DNA of 64,000 nt, from the NCBI GenBank assembly GCA_021791445.1, contig JAJYWO010000010.1, positions 1,304 to 65,303 on the forward strand, in the 5' to 3' direction. Below, piece by piece: positions 27,630-37,189 of this stretch (position 1 is the stretch's first letter; every line of letters starts with the position of its first letter). Origin of the DNA: a bacterium (lineage in GTDB: Bacteria; Patescibacteriota; Minisyncoccia; UBA6257; UBA9933). The notes beneath the pieces were generated by a model. It was not told the origin of the DNA. It made no database searches and saw nothing but the letters and a program-made list of their open reading frames with translations. The position numbers and the translations under genes are program-made.

Positions 27630-28316
27630 TTAGTTGGCCAAAGGGTTTTCCGCGCCGTGGATTTCAAAATGGAGGTGGCAGCCGGTCGGGCCGTAGGTGT
27701 TGCCGGTGCTGCCCATATAGCCGATAAGTTCTTTTTCTTTGACGTACTGGCCGATTTGCGCTTCGGCTTTTTCAAGGTGCGCGTAAAGGGTTTCAATACT
27801 GTTGGGATGTTCTATGGTAATGGAATTGCCATAGCCATTATTCCAGCTGTCATCATTTACAGCTTCAATGATTATGCCTTCTCTTGCCGCGTAAATCGGC
27901 GTGCCGCAGCGGTTGGCGATGTCAACAGCATTGAAAGCGTGCAGTTGTCCCCAATTCCAGCCGATGGTTGGCGGGGAAATCCTAAATTGACTCGGTTTTT
28001 TCTTTGATTTTTGGCTGATTGGGGAGTTGGCGGGATTAAGGCTGTCGGAAAGGATGTTTTGCGCCGGCTCTTCCGGAATTTCTTGGGCCATGGCGGCTGT
28101 TGCCAAAAGAGAATCCTGGCGAAGGCGCTGGTATTCCTCGCTCGGTCCGCCAAGGGTGTTTTGAGGGCTGGAAAAGGCTAAATCGCCTTTATTTAAAGCG
28201 AAATTTCCAATAATAACCGCTAAAATTAAAACTCCCCACCAGGCAGTGAGGCAGTGAATTTTGCGGAAAACTTGTTCGCCGACTGGCGAATTTGACCAAT
28301 ATTTGATTTTATCCAA
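27630..28316 (-). CDS. M23 (LytM-type) peptidoglycan endopeptidase with an N-terminal signal anchor. The track ORF runs to 28589 and overlaps uvrD on the other strand; the true start is uncertain (TTG 28316 is suggested)
   Basis: C-terminal LytM catalytic motif PTGCHLHFEIHGAENP plus the upstream NDDSWNNGYGNSITIEH. Confidence 0.8.
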   Translation of the reverse strand: MDKIKYWSNSPVGEQVFRKIHCLTAWWGVLILAVIIGNFALNKGDLAFSSPQNTLGGPSEEYQRLRQDSLLATAAMAQEIPEEPAQNILSDSLNPANSPISQKSKKKPSQFRISPPTIGWNWGQLHAFNAVDIANRCGTPIYAAREGIIIEAVNDDSWNNGYGNSITIEHPNSIETLYAHLEKAEAQIGQYVKEKELIGYMGSTGNTYGPTGCHLHFEIHGAENPLAN

Positions 28317-28324
28317 TACTGTAC

Positions 28325-30168
28325 TAATGCGTTCATTATATACAAACCTCAATGAAAAGCAACAGCGGGCTGTGGAAAACTTGGAAGGCCCGATTTTGAT
28401 AGTTGCCGGCGCCGGAAGCGGTAAAACTCGGACTTTAACCAGCCGCTTAGGCGCCATTTTAGCGTCCGGAGCGGTTCCGGAAAGCGTGGTGGCTATTACT
28501 TTCACCAATAAAGCGGCGGAAGAGATGAAAAATAGGGTTAGAAATATTGAAAATTGTAAATTGAAAATCGAAAATTTATTCATCGGCACTTTTCATTCCC
28601 TCGGAGCGAGAATTTTGAAAAAAGAAGCGAAATTAGCGGGGAGAACGCCGAATTTTTCCATTTTTGACGGCGATGATTCCCTTCGGCTCATAAAAAATAT
28701 CGTTAAAAATCTGAATTTGCCGGAACATAAAAAACAAAGGGAGGCGAATCCGCTCTTTCTGCGGCGCGAATTTTCAAGAATTAAAAGCGAATTATCAGAT
28801 ATTGAAGATGAAGACGAATTAACCGGAGCATTTTTTAAAGAGTATGAAGAGGCCTTGCGGAAAAACAACGCTTTTGATTTTGACGATTTGATTGAAAAGC
28901 CGATAAGGATTTTTCAAAATCATAAAGATATCCTTGAAAAATACCAAAAGCGGTTCCGTTATATTTTAGTGGACGAGTTTCAAGATACCAACACGGCGCA
29001 GTATGTTTTCGTGAAATTACTGGCGGAAGGGCATCAAAATCTGAGCGTTGTCGGAGACGACCAGCAGTCAATTTATAAATTCCGCGGCTCCAATTTTAAA
29101 ATCTTTCTTAATTTTGAAAACGATTGGCCGAAAACGAAAACCGTTTTTTTGGAGCAAAATTACCGTTCCAGCGGCAATATTATTAAAGCCGCGTCTTCCG
29201 TGATAGCCAACAATAAATTTCAGAAACCGAAAAATCTTTGGACGGAAAATCCGGACGGCGATTTGGTGAGAGTGGCAGAGCATAACGGTGAGGATGAAGA
29301 GGCGGAGTGGGTGACAGACAAGATATTTAAATATTTAAATATTGAAAAATTTAAATATGAAAATAATTCTGTTGCGGTTCTTTATCGCACCAACGCGCAG
29401 TCGCGGGCGATTGAAAGCGCGTTGATTGAGCGCGGTATTGTTTACAAAATTTTCGGCGGCGTGAAATTTTACGAGCGTAAAGAAATCAAAGATATTGTGG
29501 CGGTTTTACGATGGTCTTTTAATCAAAATGATATGGTAAGTTTTGAACGCATAAAAACAGCGTTTTTAAAAAAGCCGTTTTTGGAAATTCAAAATAAAGC
29601 TCCGGCAATGGCGGGAAAGCTGTCACCGGCGGAATTAATTAGCTATATTCTGGAAACCGGCGAGTATCCGGAAAGATTAAAAAGAACCGAAGATAATTTT
29701 CAAGAACGCATTGAAAACATCAATGAGCTTATTTATTTCGCTTCGGAATTTAACAGTCTGACGGAATTTTTGGAAAAAATTTCCTTGTTTCAATCCGGCG
29801 ATAGGGGGAAAACCAATAAATTATCAGATGTTAAAGGTCAGATGTTAGATGTTAACTTAATGACCATCCATATCGCCAAAGGGTTGGAATTCGACGAAGT
29901 TTTTATTATCGGCTGCAATGAAGGATTATTACCGCATCAAATGTCGTATCATAATAATGAGGAAATAGAGGAAGAGCGGCGGCTGATGTATGTGGCGATG
30001 ACCCGCGCCAAGAAAAATCTCTATCTGAATTTTTACAATATCCCGTCGCGCTTTCTTTCCGAAATCGCTCCGGAAACGGTTGAGGTTGTCATTAATAAAA
30101 AAGGAAATAAATATGAAACATTAAGCGATTTTCTGGATGACGAGGAAAGATATATAGAATTTGATTAA
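28325..30168 (+). CDS. uvrD: UvrD/PcrA/Rep-family superfamily-1 DNA helicase. The track start is 28261; the likely start is MRSLYTNLNEKQQ at 28325
   Basis: Walker A AGAGSGKTRTL, motif II VDEFQDTN, and the remaining SF1 motifs. Confidence 0.9.
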
Positions 30169-30646
30169 ATTTATGATTGTAATTCTTCATAATATCAGAA
30201 GTTTATATAATGTGGGCTCTATATTTCGCACTGCCGATGCCGCGGGCATTGAAAAAATTTATTTGTGCGGCATTACGCCGAAGCCAGTTAACGAATTCGG
30301 CAGATTGCGGTCGCAATTAACCAAAGTTTCGCTGGGCGCGGAAAAATATATCGAATGGGAATATTGCAAATCAACAACGCGGTTAATTGATAAACTTCGA
30401 CGCAATGGATATAAAATTTTCAGCATTGAGCAATCAAAAAAATCTATTCCGTATTATTCTCTAAAAGCTAAAAGCTATAAGCTAAAAGCCGTTGCCTTAG
30501 TTTTAGGCAATGAAATAAAGGGTTTACCGCAATCCATTTTGAAACGCAGCGATAAAATTCTGGAAATTCCGATGAAGGGCAAAAAAGAGTCATTAAATGT
30601 GTCAGTGGCGTTTGGAATAGTTGCGTTTCACTTGATAAATTCTTAA
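30161..30646 (+). CDS. trmH: SpoU/TrmH-family RNA 2'-O-methyltransferase
   Basis: IVLHNIRSLYNVGSIFRTADAAG motif, SPOUT fold length. Confidence 0.8.
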   Translation: MIKFMIVILHNIRSLYNVGSIFRTADAAGIEKIYLCGITPKPVNEFGRLRSQLTKVSLGAEKYIEWEYCKSTTRLIDKLRRNGYKIFSIEQSKKSIPYYSLKAKSYKLKAVALVLGNEIKGLPQSILKRSDKILEIPMKGKKESLNVSVAFGIVAFHLINS

Positions 30647-30655
30647 AATAATTAA

Positions 30656-31111
30656 ATGTTGATTTACATCGGGGCGGACCATCAGGGCTTTAAACTGAAA
30701 GACGCCTTGAAAAAATTTTTAAAAGAGCGCGGCTATGAAGTGATTGATATCGGCAATGACAAATACGATGAAAACGACGATTATCCGGATTTTGCGGCAT
30801 TGGTCGCTCGGCAAGTGGCGCAGGACGTTTTTACGCGAAAGGGCGTTTTAATTTGCGGCTCGGGGGCGGGCGTGGACATTACTGCCAATAAATTCAAAGA
30901 TATCCGTTCGGTTTTGGCAACCAATCCGGATCAGGCTTATTTAAGCCGCAAAGACGATGACACTAATGTTTTGTCTTTGGCCGCCGAATTTACAACCGAG
31001 GAAGCCGCCAAGAAAATTTTAAGCGTTTGGCTGTCAACGCCTTTTTCCGGCGGCGAAAGGTATAAGCGGCGGATTGAAAAAATAAGAAACATTGAATATG
31101 GCAATTATTAA
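30656..31111 (+). CDS. rpiB: Ribose-5-phosphate isomerase B (RpiB/LacAB family)
   Basis: MLIYIGADHQGFKLK...GVLICGSGAGVDITANK. Confidence 0.85.
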   Translation: MLIYIGADHQGFKLKDALKKFLKERGYEVIDIGNDKYDENDDYPDFAALVARQVAQDVFTRKGVLICGSGAGVDITANKFKDIRSVLATNPDQAYLSRKDDDTNVLSLAAEFTTEEAAKKILSVWLSTPFSGGERYKRRIEKIRNIEYGNY

Positions 31112-31138
31112 AATATATCGCGTCCCGAAGCGATATTA

Positions 31139-31167
31139 TTGATATTTTTTAAAATAGATTTATAATA
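31139..31167 (+). promoter_or_regulatory. Sigma-70-type promoter upstream of speH: TTGATA - 16 nt - TATAAT. It follows the rpiB terminator hairpin ATATCGCgtcccgaaGCGATAT
   Basis: Near-consensus -35 and perfect -10 with canonical spacing. About 100-nt 5' UTR before the ATG at 31270. Confidence 0.6.
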
Positions 31168-31269
31168 CTCGCATAGTTTAAAAAAATAATTCAAACTCAA
31201 AAATTTGTTTTATCCGGCCTTCGCCCTGTTGGTTCTGATAAGCAAGTTTAAGGAAAACACAAAGAAGAG

Positions 31270-31629
31270 ATGAACAAGACATGGGGCAAGCATCTTATTA
31301 TTGATGCTTACGGAATTGATTACGCAAAATTAAGAAACCAAAAATCAATAAAAAATTTATTAAAGGATTTGCCGAAGAAATTCAAGATGAGGCCCTTGGG
31401 CAAGGAATCGGTAAAAAAAGTTTCTTCGGATTTTTATCCGGATTGGGGAGTGTCGGGATTCGTGATGCTTTATGAAAGCCATATTTCTCTGCACACTTGG
31501 CCGGAAGAAGGATATGTGGCAATGGACCTTTATTCTTGCAAGGATTTTGATGACAAGGCGATTGTGAAATATCTCAGGGAATTTTGGAACGCGAAAAAAA
31601 TGAAAATAAAAGTCGTTATCAGAGGATAG
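31270..31629 (+). CDS. speH: S-adenosylmethionine decarboxylase proenzyme (pyruvoyl-dependent, SpeH type)
   Basis: LYESHISLHTWPEEGYVAMDLYSC contains the ES cleavage site that forms the pyruvoyl group. Confidence 0.88.
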   Translation: MNKTWGKHLIIDAYGIDYAKLRNQKSIKNLLKDLPKKFKMRPLGKESVKKVSSDFYPDWGVSGFVMLYESHISLHTWPEEGYVAMDLYSCKDFDDKAIVKYLREFWNAKKMKIKVVIRG

Positions 31630-31642
31630 AGCAATCGCGAAT

Positions 31643-32635
31643 ATGGCGAATAAAACAAAAATAGCGATAAACGGGTTTGGGAGAATCGGCCGGCTTTTTT
31701 TGCGGCAGATTATCAATGAGCCGAATATAGAAATTGTCGCCATTAACGACTTGGGTGATGTTGAAAATCTGCGTTATTTGTTCAAATACGATTCGGTTTA
31801 CGGCCGTTTTGAGCAAGATATCAGCAATATAAAATTTTTGCAGGAAAAAGACCCGCTGAAATTGCCGTGGAAAGATTTGGGGATAGATATTGTGATTGAA
31901 GCAACCGGCGTTTTTGAAACTTACGAAAAAGCCAAAGCGCATTTGGACGCGGGCGCGAAAAGAGTTGTCTTGACCGCGCCGGCGAAAGATGCGGACGGCG
32001 AATTGGGGAAAACTATATTAATAGGCGTTAATGAAGGCGATTTGAAAACTTGTTCTATTTCTTCCAATGCTTCTTGCACCACCAACGGCATTGCTCCGGT
32101 TTTAGCGGTTTTGAGCGAAAATCCGGGCATTGAAAAAGCGGTTTTAAACACGATACACGCGCTCACCAATACTCAAACAACCGTTGATAGTCCCGTAAAA
32201 GGCAGTGATTTTCGGCGCGGCCGGGCAGCTGGTCAGAACATTATTCCTTCCACCACCGGCGCGGCCATCGCCTCCACCCGCGTTATCAAGAATTTGGAAG
32301 GAAAATTTGACGGCATCGCTTTGCGCGTGCCGATTATCACCGGTTCCGTTGCGGACATTACTTTTATCAGTAAAAGAGAAACATCGGTTGAAGAAATAAA
32401 TAAAATTTTGAAAGACGCGTCGCAATCCGAAAAATGGAAAGGAATTTTGAAAACCGCCGAAGACCAGATCGTTTCTTCGGATATAATCGCCGAACCGTAC
32501 GGAGCGATTATTGATTTGAAATTCACCAAAGTGATTGGCGGGAACTTGGTGAAAATTTTATCATGGTATGACAACGAATGGGGTTATGTGGCGATGCTGA
32601 AAAAACACGTTTTGGAAGTTGCGAAAATTTTATAA
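31643..32635 (+). CDS. gap: Glyceraldehyde-3-phosphate dehydrogenase
   Basis: KIAINGFGRIGR NAD-binding motif and active-site SNASCTTN. Confidence 0.95.
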   Translation: MANKTKIAINGFGRIGRLFLRQIINEPNIEIVAINDLGDVENLRYLFKYDSVYGRFEQDISNIKFLQEKDPLKLPWKDLGIDIVIEATGVFETYEKAKAHLDAGAKRVVLTAPAKDADGELGKTILIGVNEGDLKTCSISSNASCTTNGIAPVLAVLSENPGIEKAVLNTIHALTNTQTTVDSPVKGSDFRRGRAAGQNIIPSTTGAAIASTRVIKNLEGKFDGIALRVPIITGSVADITFISKRETSVEEINKILKDASQSEKWKGILKTAEDQIVSSDIIAEPYGAIIDLKFTKVIGGNLVKILSWYDNEWGYVAMLKKHVLEVAKIL

Positions 32636-32681
32636 TTTTTAATTTTTTGCTTTTTCTCTTAAATCGGCTAAAATATAGCCA

Positions 32682-34445
32682 ATGATCAATTCTCCCGTGC
32701 AGGAAATTAAAGACCGGCTGGACATCGTTGAATTTATCCGTTCTTATGTTCAGCTTTTGCCGGCAGGCAAGAATTTCAGGGCCTGCTGCCCTTTTCATAA
32801 AGAAAAAACTCCTTCTTTTATGGTTTCGCCGGACAGGCAGACATGGCATTGTTTCGGCGCTTGCGCCGAAGGCGGAGATATTTTCAAGTTTGTGATGAAG
32901 CATGATAATCTGGAATTTTACGAAGCTTTGAACTTTCTGGCGGAAAAGGCGGGGGTGGAATTGAGGAAATTTTCTCCGGCTGACCAGCGGCAATTTGGCG
33001 TTTTATACGACATTAACGATTTCGCGAAAAAATTTTTTCAAAAACAGCTGGAATTTTCCAAAGAGGCGAATGAATATCTGGCGAATCGCGGATTGAAAAA
33101 AGAAACTATTGAAGAATTTGAAATCGGATTCGCGCCGCAAAGTTTTGATAATTTGACCGTGCATTTAATAAATTCCGGATACGCTGTGGCTGACATTGAA
33201 CGGGCGGGATTGAATTTTAAAAGCGAACGCGGCGGCTACATTGACAGATTCCGCGGCCGGATAATGTTCCCGATTTACAATCATTTCGGCAAGACCATTG
33301 GTTTTTCTGCCAGAATTCTTCCGCAATACGACAACGGCGAGACCGGAAAGTACATCAACAGTCCGGAGACCGCGATTTTCAACAAGTCAAAAGTTCTTTA
33401 CGGATTCCATAAAAGCAAGAATTTTATTAAAGAAAAAAAGGAAGCGGTTTTAGTGGAAGGACAAATGGATTTTTTGATGGCTTGGCAGGATGGAATGAAA
33501 AACGTTGCCGCGACTTCGGGCACGGCTTTGACGCCGGACCATTTGGCGGTTCTGTGGCGCTTGACGGATAAAGTGATTTTTTGTTTTGACAACGATGAGG
33601 CCGGTTTAAAAGCCGCGGAACGGAGCATTGATTTGGCGCAAAACCGCGATTTTAGCGTAAGATTGCTTATTTTGGAAGATTATAAAGATCCGGCTGACGC
33701 CGTAAAACACAAGCCGGGGATTTTGGAAAAACTGGCGCAAAAAGCCAAGCCGGCGATGGAATTTTATTTCAACCGCTATCTTCAAAGCGCGGACAAGCGC
33801 GGACTTAACGCGGACAAACGCGGAAACATCAGCGATTTAAAGAATAACATAAGAGTAGTTTTGGCGAAAATTAAAAATCTGGCGAGTCCGATTGAGCGGC
33901 AATATTGGCTGCATGAGCTGGCTTTAAAAACACGCGTGAAGGAAGAGGCGTTGAATGAAGAAATGGGACAGCTGAAAATTCCAAATTACAAAACCCAAAT
34001 TACAAACATAAACACCGATAACGCGCAAAATAATAAAATTATTCCGGAGACGAGAATGGAATTGCTGGCGCAGAAATTAATCGGCTTGATGTCTTTGGAT
34101 GAAAATTTGTATTCAATCGCCGGAGATTTTTTGGAATATTTGCCGGAAAATTATTCCATGGTTGCGCGGAGCTTGGTGGAAAAAGTTCCACTGGAAAGCG
34201 AAGAGCATAATAATTTATTGGGCGCCATATCGCTGAAAACATCTTTTGAAATTCAGATTTTCGACCAAGAAAAAATAAACAATGAATTTCAGGAATTGGC
34301 GCGCCAGCTGCGGCTGGAGTATTTAAGAAATAAGAGGCAGGAATTGGTTAATGCCTTGAAAGAAGCGGAAAGCGACGGCGGTGAAAAAGATGTGGAGGCG
34401 CTTTTGCGGGAGTTTGACGAGATTTCAAAGTTGATGCATAATTAA
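32682..34445 (+). CDS. dnaG: DNA primase DnaG
   Basis: Zinc-binding CPFHKEKTPSF...HCFGC, TOPRIM EGQMDFL / DNDEAG. Carries an in-frame (caaattacaaa) repeat at 33981-34008. Confidence 0.92.
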   Translation: MINSPVQEIKDRLDIVEFIRSYVQLLPAGKNFRACCPFHKEKTPSFMVSPDRQTWHCFGACAEGGDIFKFVMKHDNLEFYEALNFLAEKAGVELRKFSPADQRQFGVLYDINDFAKKFFQKQLEFSKEANEYLANRGLKKETIEEFEIGFAPQSFDNLTVHLINSGYAVADIERAGLNFKSERGGYIDRFRGRIMFPIYNHFGKTIGFSARILPQYDNGETGKYINSPETAIFNKSKVLYGFHKSKNFIKEKKEAVLVEGQMDFLMAWQDGMKNVAATSGTALTPDHLAVLWRLTDKVIFCFDNDEAGLKAAERSIDLAQNRDFSVRLLILEDYKDPADAVKHKPGILEKLAQKAKPAMEFYFNRYLQSADKRGLNADKRGNISDLKNNIRVVLAKIKNLASPIERQYWLHELALKTRVKEEALNEEMGQLKIPNYKTQITNINTDNAQNNKIIPETRMELLAQKLIGLMSLDENLYSIAGDFLEYLPENYSMVARSLVEKVPLESEEHNNLLGAISLKTSFEIQIFDQEKINNEFQELARQLRLEYLRNKRQELVNALKEAESDGGEKDVEALLREFDEISKLMHN

Positions 34446-34454
34446 TAAACTAAA

Positions 34455-35699
34455 ATGAAAAATCATAAATTAAAATTAAAAAAGAAAAAGAAAATTATCA
34501 AATCTAAAAAGAAGAAAATTTTAAAGAAAGCTTCTAAAAAATCTGTTAAAAAAGTAAAAAAGCCGGCGAAAAGAATCGCCAAAAAAACGGCGAAAGCGAA
34601 GCCACCGAAAAAGAAATTTAAATTCAACGAGGAAGAACTCAACGAACTTATCAGGCGCGGAAAAACGCGCGGTTTTGTGATTGATTCGGAAATTCTTTAC
34701 ACTTTTCCGGATATTGAAAAAGACATCCGTTTTTTGGAGGAAATTTATGAACGGCTGGAAAGCGCTAATGTAAAAATTATCGAAGCCGGCCATTTAATAG
34801 ACGTTTCCGAAAAAGAAGAAATAAGCAAAAAAGAAATTGAGAAAGCCACGGAAATAGAGTCGGAAATCCGTTTGCCGGACGCGGTTCAGATGTATCTTAA
34901 AGAAATAGGCAAAACCGCGCTTTTGACCGGCGCGCAGGAAAAAGAATTGGCGAAGCGCGCGGAAAAAGGCGATGAAGAAGCGCGACAACATTTGATTCAG
35001 GCGAACTTGCGCTTGGTCGCTTCAATCGCCAAGCGTTATGTTTACCGCAGTCCGAATCTAAGCATTCTTGATTTAATGCAGGAAGGGAACATCGGTCTCT
35101 CCAAAGCGGTGGAAAAATTCGATTATCGCAAGGGATTCAAATTTTCCACTTACGCGACTTGGTGGATAAGGCAGGCGATCACCCGCGCCTTGGCGGACCA
35201 GTCGCGCACCATCAGGATTCCGGTGCATATGATTGAAACCATTTCAAAATACACCCAAACTAAAAGAAAGTTGGCGCAGGAATTAAACCGCGAGCCGCTA
35301 GCCGAGGAAATCGCCATTGAAATGGAAACATCGGTTGAGAAAATCCGGCATCTCCAGAAAATTTCCCAAGAAGTGCTTTCTTTGGAAGCGCCCATCGGCG
35401 AAGACGACGATGATTCAACTTTGTCGGAATTGGTGAAAGACGAAAAAAGTCCGACTTCGTCGCAAATTGTTTCCCGCGTTTTATTAAGGGAAAAACTTGA
35501 TGATATTTTCAATGATTTATCCCCGCGCGAGCAGGAAATTTTAAAATTGCGCTTCGGCTTGGATGACGGCGTAAGCCATACGCTTGAAGAGGTGGGCAAA
35601 AAATTCGGCGTTACCCGCGAAAGAATCAGGCAAATTGAAGCCAAAACTCTGGAAAAGATAAAAAAACACCAGAAAGCCAATGCGCTTGAAGAATACTAA
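34455..35699 (+). CDS. rpoD: Primary sigma factor (sigma-70 / RpoD) with a Lys-rich N-terminal extension
   Basis: Regions 1.2 through 4: ...[50 protein letters not shown]...[14 protein letters not shown]. Confidence 0.93.
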   Translation: MKNHKLKLKKKKKIIKSKKKKILKKASKKSVKKVKKPAKRIAKKTAKAKPPKKKFKFNEEELNELIRRGKTRGFVIDSEILYTFPDIEKDIRFLEEIYERLESANVKIIEAGHLIDVSEKEEISKKEIEKATEIESEIRLPDAVQMYLKEIGKTALLTGAQEKELAKRAEKGDEEARQHLIQANLRLVASIAKRYVYRSPNLSILDLMQEGNIGLSKAVEKFDYRKGFKFSTYATWWIRQAITRALADQSRTIRIPVHMIETISKYTQTKRKLAQELNREPLAEEIAIEMETSVEKIRHLQKISQEVLSLEAPIGEDDDDSTLSELVKDEKSPTSSQIVSRVLLREKLDDIFNDLSPREQEILKLRFGLDDGVSHTLEEVGKKFGVTRERIRQIEAKTLEKIKKHQKANALEEY

Positions 35700-35800
35700 A
35701 TCGGCGTGGTATAATAAATAAGTCGAAAATTATGAATTAATGAGTTGTGAGTTAACGAATTAATCCGTTAACTCGTTAATTCGTTAATCAATAATAATTT

Positions 35801-37186
35801 ATGAAAAAAATATTTACCGTATTTTTGTTCGTTTCAATGGTCGCGTTGTCGTCGGTCGCTTTGGCGCAGAATGACCTGTCCGGTCAGGAAATTACCGTCA
35901 AAGATTTGGGCGTGGAAAACCCAGGCATTTTGCCGACCAGCCCGTTTTATTTCTTTAAAAGCATAACCCGCAACATAAAGAGGGTTTTTACGGTTGATCC
36001 GGTGAAAAAAGCAGAGTTGGAATTAAACATTGCCAATCAGCAGGCCGCGGAAATAAAAAAACTTGAAGAAGTGGCGCCGGAGCGCGTTAACGCGATTTCC
36101 AGGGCGACCGCCAATTATCAGGAGAATGTTGAACGTTTAAAAACTCGTTTGGATAATTTGCGGGAGAACAGCCAAAATCCCAATATTGATAAGTTGGTTG
36201 AAAAATTGGCTGACCAGTCAATCAAACATCAGCAGCTTTTTGACGAATTGAAAAGCAAATTTGAGGACAATGACGAATTAAAACAGCGCATTGAATCGGC
36301 TCAGGAAAAAATCAGCGAAACGGCCGCGAAAATTCCGGAAAAATTCGATAATCCGGAAATGTTTCGCGAGAGAATGGAAAAAATTTTAAAAGCTCGGCCG
36401 GAAGGCGTTGTTAATGAATTAAAGCGGATAGAAATCATTGACCGCATTGCTGATAAAATTCCAGTTGAACAAAGAAAAGAAATAGAAGGAATAAAGGAAA
36501 AAATGATGGAAGAATTCGGCGATAAAATTGAAAAATTGCCGGAAATCCAAAAGGGAAAAATTTTGAAGCCGGAATTTTTTGAAATGATTCCGGGCGACGC
36601 CGGACAAAGGGTGAAAATTCTGGAAGAAATAAAAAGCAAAGTCGGTTCTTCGGAAATCAGGGGGAAAATAATGGAAGCCGGAGAGAAGATTTTGGAAAAT
36701 AAAATTGAAAGCCGGGAAATAAAAAAAGAAGATGTTTTAAGGATGATGGAATATGTGAAGGAATTGATTGTTAAAGCGGAGGCCGCGGTAGCGGGGATAG
36801 AAGACGAGGAATTCCGCGCCAAGAGAAAGAGATTATTGGAAGAAATAAGAACGCGTTTCTCCAAGGCGGAAGCGGTTTTAGATGAAGGCAAAATCGGCGA
36901 AGCGTTTGGTATTGTCAATTCAGCTGGCGCGGAAACGAAAAAGTTCTTGATTCAACCGGCGGTTGACGCGGTTAGGCCGATTCAGGAAATCAATATAAAA
37001 CCGTCAATTCGGCCAATAGAATCCGGAACCGCGACATCTGGTCCGCTTACGCCGTCGTCAAATATAATGCCGATTGAGCCGAAAGAAACGGAACAAATTC
37101 AGGAAAAAGTCCAAGAAATAAAACCGGAAATCGCGCCGATGATAAAAAACATTATTCCGGAAATCCCCTTGATGCCGAAATACTAA
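35801..37186 (+). CDS. Secreted Glu/Lys-rich coiled-coil protein of unknown function
   Basis: Signal peptide MKKIFTVFLFVSMVALSSVALAQ, then a long heptad-like charged sequence. Confidence 0.55.
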   Translation: MKKIFTVFLFVSMVALSSVALAQNDLSGQEITVKDLGVENPGILPTSPFYFFKSITRNIKRVFTVDPVKKAELELNIANQQAAEIKKLEEVAPERVNAISRATANYQENVERLKTRLDNLRENSQNPNIDKLVEKLADQSIKHQQLFDELKSKFEDNDELKQRIESAQEKISETAAKIPEKFDNPEMFRERMEKILKARPEGVVNELKRIEIIDRIADKIPVEQRKEIEGIKEKMMEEFGDKIEKLPEIQKGKILKPEFFEMIPGDAGQRVKILEEIKSKVGSSEIRGKIMEAGEKILENKIESREIKKEDVLRMMEYVKELIVKAEAAVAGIEDEEFRAKRKRLLEEIRTRFSKAEAVLDEGKIGEAFGIVNSAGAETKKFLIQPAVDAVRPIQEINIKPSIRPIESGTATSGPLTPSSNIMPIEPKETEQIQEKVQEIKPEIAPMIKNIIPEIPLMPKY

Positions 37187-37189
37187 AAC

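Noticed and set aside
31174-31269. Possible riboswitch in the ~100-nt speH 5' UTR
   Set aside because: I could not recognise SAM-I/II/III/SAH or other known riboswitch consensus elements. Only the strong promoter is reported.
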